Below, in pieces: positions 26,231-34,492 of a stretch of 64,000 bases of DNA. Numbering within the stretch: position 1 is the first letter of the stretch; every line of letters starts with the position of its first letter. The DNA comes from Chlamydiales bacterium (GTDB taxonomy: Bacteria; Chlamydiota; Chlamydiia; Chlamydiales; JAAKFR01): contig JAJACP010000009.1 of assembly GCA_022601445.1 (NCBI GenBank), positions 598-64,597 of the forward strand. The letters are read 5' to 3'. A program made the position numbers and the translations under genes. The notes under the pieces were generated by a model. The model made no database searches, was not told the DNA's origin, and saw only the letters and a program-made list of their open reading frames with translations.

Positions 26231-27999
26231 TCTGGAGGCTCCACGTGAATTTTTAATTCGGTTAGTTGTTCTTTCAACACCTCTGAGGGAGCTTCTGTCA
26301 TGAGATCAGTTGCTCGCTGCGTTTTGGGGAAAGCAATCACATCGCGGAGGCTCTCAGCTCCTGTCAAAAGCATCACCATCCGGTCGAGCCCAAGCGCGAT
26401 TCCTAAATGAGGTGGAGTTCCATATTGCAGAGCCTCGATAAAAAAGCCAAAACGTTTTTTTATATCTTCTTCAGAGAGTTTGAGGAGTCGGAAGATTTTT
26501 TCTTGCAGCTCTCCGCTATAGATCCTTTGTGACCCTGAACCCAGCTCAAAACCATTGAGGACAAGGTCATAGCTTGAAGAACGTACTTTCAGAGGCTCAC
26601 TTTCTAGGAGAGGAACATCTTCCAAGTGGGGTGAGGTAAACGGGTGGTGTTCACAGGCGAAGTTTTGCGTCTCTGTATCCCACTGAAAGAGGGGAAATTC
26701 TGTGATCCAGACAAACTCATAGCGACTTTCATCAATCAAGTTACGCTCTTTGGCTATGTGGCGGCGTAAATGGTCAAGAGCGGTATGGGTTGTTTTCTCA
26801 TCAGAGGCGACAAAGAGGAGAAGATCTCCTACCTCTGCTTGCATGGCTTGGACTAGAGCCTTTTGGGTGGGTTCATCAAAGAATTTTACAATACTAGAGG
26901 TGAGTCCCTCAGGCTGCAGTTTCATCCAGGCGAGCCCTTTTGCTCCAAAATGGCTGACAAAGGCTGTATAATCATCGATGGTACGGCGCGAGAGCTCAGC
27001 TCCCCCTTTTACACAGAGCCCTTTTACCATGCCCCCTCCTTGCAGTTGCTCCTTGAACACGGTGAAAGAAGAATTTTTCACAATCGAATCGAGGCGAATG
27101 AGTTCCATGCCAAAGCGCAAATCGGGCTTATCTGTTCCATATTTTTCCATTGCCTCCGCATAACAAAGCCGCCTAAAAGGAGTGGATAAATCGATCTCTT
27201 TACATTTTTTGAAAATAGCGTGCATCAGCTGTTCAATCAGAGGAAAAAGTTCCTCTTCCGTGCCAAAACTCATTTCTAAATCGATCTGTGCAAATTCAGG
27301 CTGCCGATCGGAACGGAGATCTTCGTCGCGAAAGCAGGTGGCAATTTGAAAGTAGCGGTCCATTCCCCCGATCATGAGAATCTGTTTGAAAATTTGGGGT
27401 GATTGGGGAAGAGCAAAAAACGTTCCTGGATAAACGCGGGAGGGGACGAGGTAATCGCGTGCACCTTCTGGGGTGGATTTTCCCAAAACGGGGGTGGTGA
27501 TCTCTAAAAAACGTTCCTGGTCGAGAAAATTACGTGCAGCGAGCATCACCTGATGGCGCATCGCGAGCTTTGTGGCAATGTCACCTCGACGCATATCGAG
27601 ATAGCGATGTTTAAGCCGCAGCTCTTCATTTACATTCAGTTTTTCATCGCAGATGGAGAAAGGGGGTGTTTTGGCTTTGGATAGAACGGTTAGCTTTTCG
27701 ACTTCGACTTCAATGGCACCGGTCTTGAGCTTTGAGTTGAGCATTCCCTCGGCGCGAGGAATCACTTTCCCTTCCACGGCGATGACCCACTCAGCGCGCA
27801 AATGGCCAGCTGCTGCGTGCATCTCAGCGTGCGGTTCAGGGTGAAAAACAATTTGGGTGATCCCAAATCGGTCGCGCAGATCGATAAAAATGAGGCCGCC
27901 ATGGTCTCGCCTTCTGTGGACCCAGCCAGCTAAGAGAACTTTTTCGCCTACCGTTTCTACTGTGAGGGTGCCGCAGTCATGCGTTCTTTTGTAATGCAT
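26227..27999 (-). CDS. aspS: Aspartyl-tRNA synthetase
   Basis: 590 aa. OB anticodon-binding domain and class II motifs (FRDEDLRSDRQPEF, GSGSQRI, GIALGLDR). Confidence 0.95.
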   Translation of the reverse strand: MHYKRTHDCGTLTVETVGEKVLLAGWVHRRRDHGGLIFIDLRDRFGITQIVFHPEPHAEMHAAAGHLRAEWVIAVEGKVIPRAEGMLNSKLKTGAIEVEVEKLTVLSKAKTPPFSICDEKLNVNEELRLKHRYLDMRRGDIATKLAMRHQVMLAARNFLDQERFLEITTPVLGKSTPEGARDYLVPSRVYPGTFFALPQSPQIFKQILMIGGMDRYFQIATCFRDEDLRSDRQPEFAQIDLEMSFGTEEELFPLIEQLMHAIFKKCKEIDLSTPFRRLCYAEAMEKYGTDKPDLRFGMELIRLDSIVKNSSFTVFKEQLQGGGMVKGLCVKGGAELSRRTIDDYTAFVSHFGAKGLAWMKLQPEGLTSSIVKFFDEPTQKALVQAMQAEVGDLLLFVASDEKTTHTALDHLRRHIAKERNLIDESRYEFVWITEFPLFQWDTETQNFACEHHPFTSPHLEDVPLLESEPLKVRSSSYDLVLNGFELGSGSQRIYSGELQEKIFRLLKLSEEDIKKRFGFFIEALQYGTPPHLGIALGLDRMVMLLTGAESLRDVIAFPKTQRATDLMTEAPSEVLKEQLTELKIHVEPPE

Positions 28000-29254
28000 C
28001 GATTAGCCTATTGAGGGGGATAGATTGTTGTGTTCCAGAGCTCATCTCTTTGAGCTCGATTGTATTGGATTCGAGTTCATTCTCTCCAATCACAGTGACA
28101 AAGCGGGCGCCACTGGCATCTGCGTAGCGCATGGCTTGCTTGAGCTTTTTACCTGTTAGATCCATCTCAGCCGGCAGATCATGTGCTCTGATCTGGTTGA
28201 GAAGTTGGAAACAATGTTTTTCAGCCTTTTCACCCAAGGGAATGATAAAAAGAAGAGGAGCGTACGGAGAAGGAAGAGCGACTTTTTGAGCCAACATGGC
28301 TTGAATGATCCGTTCCAAGCCGGCGCCAAATCCAAAAGCGGGAAGGTCGGGGCCGCCGAGCTGACTAATGAGCCCATCGTAGCGACCACCGCCGCCGAGA
28401 CTGTTTTGCGCTCCTAGTTCATTTGAGGTGATTTCGAAAACAGTGGAGTTATAGTAGTCAAGGCCGCGCACGAGTTTGGAGTTTAGGTTAAAAGGGATAT
28501 TTTCAGCTTCAAGCAGGGCGCATACGTGGTCAAAATGGGAGCGCGACGCCCCACTCAAAGAGTCGAGAATGGAAGGAGCTTGTGCGAGGAGTTTTTGGTC
28601 TTGCGGATTTTTTGAGTCCAAAATGCGCAACGGATTGGTTGCATACCTCTCCTGGCTCTCAGCGGAAAGAGCGTTTAGGTGAGGGCGTAGATACATTTTT
28701 AAGGCATGTCGAAAGTGTTGGCGTGCTTCTGCATCGCCGATTGAATTGAGGTGGAGCGTAAGCCCTTTGAGCCCTAGTTTGGCGTAGAACGACCAGAGGA
28801 GGTGTATCACCTCAACATCTTGGTAGGGGGTAGCGGCGCCGATTGCCTCTACTCCAAACTGGTGGTGCTGACGGTACCGCCCCGCCTGCTGTCGTTCATA
28901 GCGAAACATGGGGTAGAGATAGAAAAACTTGTGGACGGGCCCTTTTTGATCGAGATTCTTTTCGATAAAAGCACGCATGACCGGAGCGGTCCCTTCAGGG
29001 CGTAGGGTAAGAGAGCGGCCCGCTTTGTCTTGGAAGGTGTACATCTCTTTTTTAACGATGTCGGATGTGGTGCCGATGCTGCGGGTAAAGAGGTTTGTTG
29101 TTTCAAAGAGGGGAGTGCGGATTTCCTGGTAGCCATACGTCGCACAGAGCGTGCGGACTTGCGTCTCCAAAAATTGCCAAAGGTGTGACATGCGCCACGC
29201 CTCAGCATCCTTTGGTAGAATATCAAAAACCCCTTTAGCGATTTGGTACTTCAT
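27977..29254 (-). CDS. hisS: Histidyl-tRNA synthetase
   Basis: 425 aa. Class II motifs: LRPEGTAP, FRYERQQAGRYRQHHQ, and GGGRYDGL...GFGAGLER. Confidence 0.95.
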   Translation of the reverse strand: MKYQIAKGVFDILPKDAEAWRMSHLWQFLETQVRTLCATYGYQEIRTPLFETTNLFTRSIGTTSDIVKKEMYTFQDKAGRSLTLRPEGTAPVMRAFIEKNLDQKGPVHKFFYLYPMFRYERQQAGRYRQHHQFGVEAIGAATPYQDVEVIHLLWSFYAKLGLKGLTLHLNSIGDAEARQHFRHALKMYLRPHLNALSAESQERYATNPLRILDSKNPQDQKLLAQAPSILDSLSGASRSHFDHVCALLEAENIPFNLNSKLVRGLDYYNSTVFEITSNELGAQNSLGGGGRYDGLISQLGGPDLPAFGFGAGLERIIQAMLAQKVALPSPYAPLLFIIPLGEKAEKHCFQLLNQIRAHDLPAEMDLTGKKLKQAMRYADASGARFVTVIGENELESNTIELKEMSSGTQQSIPLNRLIDALQKNA

Positions 29255-29293
29255 AACAAATAGAGAATAACATAATTAATGGGTGAGATAGCT

Positions 29294-29776
29294 TCAAGTC
29301 AATTCGGTAGGAGCGATTACTTCCATTTCGCTTGGAGGCTCGAGTGGCTCAATCACTTCGGATGGAGGAGAGGACTCTAGGGTATTATACAGAGTTTGTA
29401 GCTCCTCAATCCAGTGGGAAATCTGGCCCGTAATTTCCTGCTGGGGTTCTAGGATGGGCTGGTCCAAAACGTTCTGGCTTTTTCCCCAGAAAACACCTAA
29501 AGCACTTCCGGCAGTGAGGCCAAATAAAAGGGTAGCTGTGATCCAAATGGTAGAGGTAGAGCGCTTTTTTTTCTTCTCTTCGACTGGAAGCGTAGGCAGT
29601 GCAGGTGACGCAGGAGGAGCTGATGGAGGCGTGGTGAGCTCCATCACTTCTTTGACAAGATGTTCTAAATTAAAGTCTTTCTCTAAATTTTCAGAGGAAG
29701 AGGGCGCCGAATGGCACGCCTCTAGAAGGGCGTCTAATTGCTCATCAGCTAATTCCTGTTTACTAGCAGCTATCAT
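29294..29776 (-). CDS. Hypothetical single-pass membrane protein, proline-rich
   Basis: 160 aa. Acidic N-terminus, PPSAPPASPALPTLP, KKKKR, one TM (IWITATLLFGLTAGSALGVFW), and a Pro/Glu-rich C-terminus. No recognisable family. Confidence 0.5.
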   Translation of the reverse strand: MIAASKQELADEQLDALLEACHSAPSSSENLEKDFNLEHLVKEVMELTTPPSAPPASPALPTLPVEEKKKKRSTSTIWITATLLFGLTAGSALGVFWGKSQNVLDQPILEPQQEITGQISHWIEELQTLYNTLESSPPSEVIEPLEPPSEMEVIAPTELT

Positions 29777-29964
29777 CTGTCTATTTTTTCAATTTTTTTC
29801 ATCATAGAAATACCTGTAATTCCTAGTCTAGTAAAACAATTTTTTAGTAGTTTGGCGCCCTGTTTGGGTCCAAAAAGTGTGACATCTACTCCATTTTTTG
29901 TTATCATGGGTGGATGGTAGAGGTTTTGCTCGGCTAAAACCCTTAAATCTGCAAGGAGTACTGT

Positions 29965-31371
29965 GTGAGTTTTATCCTAAATTTCTTCAAGCCTGCAGAG
30001 CACATCAAAGAGATTGAAGACTCCAAAACAGTAAAAAAAGAGTATCGTTATTGGCGGGCTCGGATTTTTTACGGGATGTTTGTCGGGTATATCTTCTATT
30101 ATTTCACACGTAAAAGTTTCACTTTTGCCATGCCCGCTCTGATGGCTGATTTAGGCTTGGATAAAGCGCAGCTCGGCATTTTGGGGAGCGTGCTTTATGT
30201 CGTCTATGGGTTGAGCAAATTTGCAAGCGGTGTGATGTCCGATCAGTCCAATCCTCGTTACTTTATGGCAATCGGCCTGATTATTACCGGGGTGGCCAAT
30301 ATTTTATTTGGATTCTCCTCTTCTCTTATTCTCTTCGCCATTTTTTGGGGAATCAATGGGTGGTTCCAAGGATGGGGATGGCCTCCATGTGCCCGTCTTC
30401 TCACTCACTGGTATTCGCAGTCTGAGAGGGGGACATGGTGGAGCGTGTGGAGCACCTCCCATAATGTCGGAGGCTTTCTCATCCCGATTGTAGCTGGGGC
30501 ATGTGCTCAGTATTTCGGGTGGCGCTATGCGATGTTTATCCCGGGAGCGGTGTGTATTCTCATGGGATTTTTCTTGATCAATCGTCTTCGTGATACCCCT
30601 CAATCACTTGGCTTGCCGCCGATCGAAAAGTTTCGCGGTGACTATCCTGATCCTAAGCAAGCGAATGATGAAGATAAGACAGAAAAAGAGCTGACCACCA
30701 AAGAGATTTTGTTCGATCATGTCTTGAGGAATAAGTGGGTGTGGATGTTGGCGATGGCTTCGTTTTTTGTCTACGTTGTCCGTATGGCGATCAATGACTG
30801 GAGCGCGCTTTACTTGATTGAGACGAAGAACTATTCGATGATCAAAGCCAATGCATGCGTCTCTTTATTTGAGATCGGAGGACTTTTGGGTATGCTCGTT
30901 GCGGGATGGCTTTCAGACAAGCTATGTGATGGACGGCGCGGGCCGATGAATGTCTTGTTTTCTCTCGGAATGTTGGTTTCGGTTCTGGCACTTTGGCTCT
31001 TTCCACAAGCAAGTGCTTGGGTCGACTCTGGAGCCCTTTTCATGATTGGCTTTTTCTTATTTGGCCCTCAAATGCTCATCGGGCTGGCGGCCGCTGAGCT
31101 TTCGCATAAAAAAGCAGCGGGAACAGCTAGCGGTTTTGCCGGTTGGTTTGCCTACTTTGGTGCGGCAGGAGCCGGTTATCCTCTTGGTAAGATTGCTCAG
31201 GAGTTTGGGTGGTGGGGATATTTTGTGATTCTAGTGGCTTGCTGCGCGATTACCATTCTTCTTTTCCTACCCATGTGGAATGCGCATGCACGTCAAAAGC
31301 TCGAGGCAGCTCCTGCTGATGAACCACCTGCACTGGAGCCAGATGACGAAGAGCCTGAGCCTGCGACTTGA
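29965..31371 (+). CDS. uhpC: Hexose phosphate transporter UhpC (MFS, organophosphate:Pi antiporter family)
   Basis: 468 aa, 12 TM. YWRARIFYGMFVGYIFYYFTRKSF and GWPPCARLLTHWY motifs typical of UhpC/UhpT/GlpT. Acidic Pro-rich C-terminal tail. Confidence 0.9.
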   Translation: MSFILNFFKPAEHIKEIEDSKTVKKEYRYWRARIFYGMFVGYIFYYFTRKSFTFAMPALMADLGLDKAQLGILGSVLYVVYGLSKFASGVMSDQSNPRYFMAIGLIITGVANILFGFSSSLILFAIFWGINGWFQGWGWPPCARLLTHWYSQSERGTWWSVWSTSHNVGGFLIPIVAGACAQYFGWRYAMFIPGAVCILMGFFLINRLRDTPQSLGLPPIEKFRGDYPDPKQANDEDKTEKELTTKEILFDHVLRNKWVWMLAMASFFVYVVRMAINDWSALYLIETKNYSMIKANACVSLFEIGGLLGMLVAGWLSDKLCDGRRGPMNVLFSLGMLVSVLALWLFPQASAWVDSGALFMIGFFLFGPQMLIGLAAAELSHKKAAGTASGFAGWFAYFGAAGAGYPLGKIAQEFGWWGYFVILVACCAITILLFLPMWNAHARQKLEAAPADEPPALEPDDEEPEPAT

Positions 31372-32456
31372 GATTGCTCTTGGTAAGTCTCTTGCATTTT
31401 GCGCACAATAAAGGCCATAAATCGTTCAAACCCTCGATCTTCTCTGAAAGCTGATTGAAGAATCCGGATATATTCTTTTCCATCTTCACCCTCTATTTTA
31501 GGCGGCAGGTAGCCGTATGCCAACAAAATGATGGAAGCTAGGGCTTTGCCTGTCCGCTTATGTGCCTCATTTGAGATGTGTAGCCTGACGATCTCAAACC
31601 AGAGGCGGCACGCTTTTTCAATGGGGTGCATAGCGTCTGATCGAATCACTTGTAGAGTGGCAGCCAGCTCTGTGCTGATACTATCTGGGAGCGGAAAGTA
31701 GTGATAATGTTCTTCGATCCAATACAAGACATTGAGCTTGCCATCTGTTCGCTTTTGAGCGGCGATCCACTCTTGCATGGCTGCAGCCATGTCCATAGGA
31801 GTTGTTTGTGCCATGTTTGTTTGGATATAGTTAGCATCTTGAGCTCCGTCTCTAGGGTCTACTCTGTCAGGTTGCAATTGCAGCTGACGAAACTGGTTTG
31901 TGACCCAACTTTTTTTGATCAAAAGCTTTTTTTTGTCAGAGTGAGGTGTTCCAGAGCGAGAGGATAGAAAGTCTTCGCCAAAGCGTTGCTGAATCTGAGC
32001 TTCAAAAAGACCATGAGCAACGACCTGAGTAAAGGGGGGAGTGCCCAACGGCCAATAAACATTTCTGGTCCGCATTTTTCCAGATTTTTCTCCCAAAATC
32101 AACCTTCCAAACAGCCCATTAATACGCACGACTTCATTCACTGTTAAAGCAGTCAGAATGTAGTCGGGGCCTTGCGGAAGCAGATCCCTTTCCAGGCAAA
32201 CCAGCCCGTAAATCCAATCTAACTCTTCGAACCGTTTTGTTTCCCCCTGGGACATGGCTACTGCAGCTTGTTGGTCGACTACTCTTTGTTTGAGCAGAGT
32301 AAGAAAGCGCGGATCGTATGTCTTGGAAATCGCGTGGTTACAGTTTTCAAAAATATAATGAGGCACCTTTGTGAAGGGATCAGGGGAACGTGGAACATCT
32401 GTCAATGAAACCACACTTAGATGAGTTGAAGAGGCAGTAGCTGCAGCAGCACACAT
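31293..32456 (-). CDS. Fic/DOC-fold protein with degenerate catalytic motif (candidate effector)
   Basis: 387 aa. The segment MHPIEKACRLWFEIVRLHISNEAHKRTGKALASIILLAYGYLP matches the Fic core layout (HP..A...F..IHPFxDGNGRxxR...G..P), but the motif reads H-I-S-N-E-A-H-K-R-T-G-K. Gly/Ser-rich C-terminal tail. Confidence 0.55.
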   Translation of the reverse strand: MCAAAATASSTHLSVVSLTDVPRSPDPFTKVPHYIFENCNHAISKTYDPRFLTLLKQRVVDQQAAVAMSQGETKRFEELDWIYGLVCLERDLLPQGPDYILTALTVNEVVRINGLFGRLILGEKSGKMRTRNVYWPLGTPPFTQVVAHGLFEAQIQQRFGEDFLSSRSGTPHSDKKKLLIKKSWVTNQFRQLQLQPDRVDPRDGAQDANYIQTNMAQTTPMDMAAAMQEWIAAQKRTDGKLNVLYWIEEHYHYFPLPDSISTELAATLQVIRSDAMHPIEKACRLWFEIVRLHISNEAHKRTGKALASIILLAYGYLPPKIEGEDGKEYIRILQSAFREDRGFERFMAFIVRKMQETYQEQSQVAGSGSSSSGSSAGGSSAGAASSF

Positions 32457-32544
32457 AGTGTAAAGTACTTTTAATTAAGAACGTGTATGGTAACAGTGTT
32501 GTTTTTATGTGTCAAAACTCTTAAATAAAAGTGAAACTAGATGT

Positions 32545-33162
32545 TTAAAAAAAGTAGCCCAGCCCAAACCCAAAAGCAAATCCACTCACACTGGCATCAT
32601 GACAGGTGATACGTCGATTACATTTATTTTTAAAGCCTGCTTTCACATAGGTGTAGTCGATAAAGCCATCGAAAAACACGCGTTGGGAGAGTCTGTAGAG
32701 AAGGCCCGATTTTAAAATGCCTCCTACTCCCCAGTTACTTCGACTCTGCATCACATAAACAGAGTCGTCATGGGTGTGAACATAATTGAGAGCCAGCCCG
32801 ATTCCCAGATAGGGGCGCACCCACTGCCCTTTGTAAAAGTACTTAAACCCGGCGCTTAGTGGAACCAAATCGACTGTTGTGTCCACTTGACCACCCATGC
32901 ACTGCCCATCTTGACGAAGGTAGCCAATTGAAAACCAAGTGTATATCTGGCGAAAAGTTTCAACAGACAGCTCAGCAGTAGATAAAACGCCTCCCCCATA
33001 AATGTCAGAAAAATCAGAGCCTGTTGGGTAAAAATAAGCGACTCTTCCCTCAAGAAGAACGGGGGAGTTTGCGTAAGACCCTTGCCCGAATACAGATATA
33101 GCGCAGAGCAAAAAAAGTAGAGTAAGATAGTGTTTGGTCTGAAAAAAGAGAGGCATTTGCAT
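32545..33162 (-). CDS. Small outer-membrane beta-barrel protein (OmpW/OMP_b-brl-like)
   Basis: Likely start is MQMPLFFQTKHYLTLLFLLCAISVFGQGSYA at 33162 (signal peptide; SD aggac upstream). Alternating amphipathic strands and a C-terminal aromatic signature GFGLGYFF. The ORF-track start at 33372 overlaps the upstream gene. Confidence 0.65.
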   Translation of the reverse strand: MQMPLFFQTKHYLTLLFLLCAISVFGQGSYANSPVLLEGRVAYFYPTGSDFSDIYGGGVLSTAELSVETFRQIYTWFSIGYLRQDGQCMGGQVDTTVDLVPLSAGFKYFYKGQWVRPYLGIGLALNYVHTHDDSVYVMQSRSNWGVGGILKSGLLYRLSQRVFFDGFIDYTYVKAGFKNKCNRRITCHDASVSGFAFGFGLGYFF

Positions 33163-33172
33163 TTTTGTCCTG

Positions 33173-34384
33173 TTAAAGGGTGACACTTCCGGTGCGCACG
33201 ACAATGCCTCCTGCATTTTTTGCTTCCACTGTGTAGGTAGCGGACTCGCCCGGTGTTCGATTATGGTCTTCAAAGGTAAAGGGGCCTTCCAGAGGAAGGG
33301 TGGCGATGAGACTTCCGTTACGGTAGATAGCATAGCCTCCAAAAGCAAAAACGTTGGGCCATGAGAGAACATTTACGTAATCTGTTTGGGTTAAAAAGAT
33401 ACATTTTTCATTAGCACCATTGATCGGAAAATCACCTGGAGTAATAGCCACTCCGGCAGGTCCATTTTCAATAGAAACCGTAGCGATTGATGTGTTTGTG
33501 GAGTTGTCGATTACGCTAACGGATGCGGCTGTTCCGCCGTTTGCTACATACGTAAACGCTCCATCGGGTGTAATGGCAAGGCCATAAGGATTAGCTACTA
33601 CAGGAATAGGAGAGCCGACTAATGTATTGGTTGTGACATCAATGATGCGGACAGCGTCTGGACCTTCGCCATTGACATAGACAGATTGTCCATCTGGAGT
33701 GACGGCGATTCCATTGGGGAGCGTTATCATTGAAATTGTGTCCACGACCAGATTAGTTGCCGTGCTAATGACACTCACAGAGTTACCCCCTAGATTACTG
33801 ACATAGGCAAAGGCTCCGTCAGGAGTGAGAGCAATGGCAAAAGGAACGGGATCGACCAGGATAGGGATCCCTACTACCGCATTCGTGGTTGTGTCAATAG
33901 TAATCACAGAGTTAGGCGCAAGTGTGACGTAAGCAAGCGCTCCATCAGGGGTGATGGCGACGGCAAAAGGGGATCCTACAACAGCAATAGTATCCACAAC
34001 TGTTTGGCTGCTCGTGTCAATCACACTGATTGAACTGGTTCCTGAATTTGCGATATAGGCAAATGCTCCGTCAGGCGTAAAAGCCACACCAAAAGGGTCG
34101 GTTCCCACAGTAACAGTGTTGACTACTGTGTTAGAGCTAGTGTCAATGATGCTCACATTGTTGCTATTGACGTTGGTAACATAAACAAGCTCTCCATCAG
34201 GAGTCACGGCGACACCTGTAGGGGCATCTCCAACAGAAATTGGAGAGCCGATCACTGTGTTAGTTTCTGTGTCAATAGCGCTCACGCTATCAGCGGCTTG
34301 GTTGGCAACGTAAGCTGTATAAGCTTCGAGTATCCCTGTGCTTAAAAAGAGTAGCCCTAGCAATAAAAGTGAACGTTTTCTCAT
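33173..34384 (-). CDS. Secreted seven-bladed beta-propeller protein (YVTN/YncE-type repeats) with C-terminal Ig/FN3-like domain
   Basis: Start MRKRSLLLLGLLFL at 34384 (signal peptide; SD aggga). Seven repeats of about 42 aa following the pattern (A/V)YV(A/T)N..(S)NSVSVID..TN.VV.TI.VG..P.G(V/I)A(I/V)TPDG. The last roughly 85 aa are beta-rich. Confidence 0.8.
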   Translation of the reverse strand: MRKRSLLLLGLLFLSTGILEAYTAYVANQAADSVSAIDTETNTVIGSPISVGDAPTGVAVTPDGELVYVTNVNSNNVSIIDTSSNTVVNTVTVGTDPFGVAFTPDGAFAYIANSGTSSISVIDTSSQTVVDTIAVVGSPFAVAITPDGALAYVTLAPNSVITIDTTTNAVVGIPILVDPVPFAIALTPDGAFAYVSNLGGNSVSVISTATNLVVDTISMITLPNGIAVTPDGQSVYVNGEGPDAVRIIDVTTNTLVGSPIPVVANPYGLAITPDGAFTYVANGGTAASVSVIDNSTNTSIATVSIENGPAGVAITPGDFPINGANEKCIFLTQTDYVNVLSWPNVFAFGGYAIYRNGSLIATLPLEGPFTFEDHNRTPGESATYTVEAKNAGGIVVRTGSVTL

Positions 34385-34492
34385 TTTACCGATCCCTAAA
34401 CAGAACAAGAACCCTAAATCAATGTCTTAAAAAAGTCAATTGTCAAGATGGGGGCTATTGAAGAATAGCGCTTTTCTTTATAGTCTAAGCTT

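Noticed and set aside
28849-29226. 125-aa minus-strand ORF overlapping hisS
   Set aside because: It is in an alternative frame of the hisS coding region with Arg/Ser-rich junk composition. hisS motifs are intact in the other frame.
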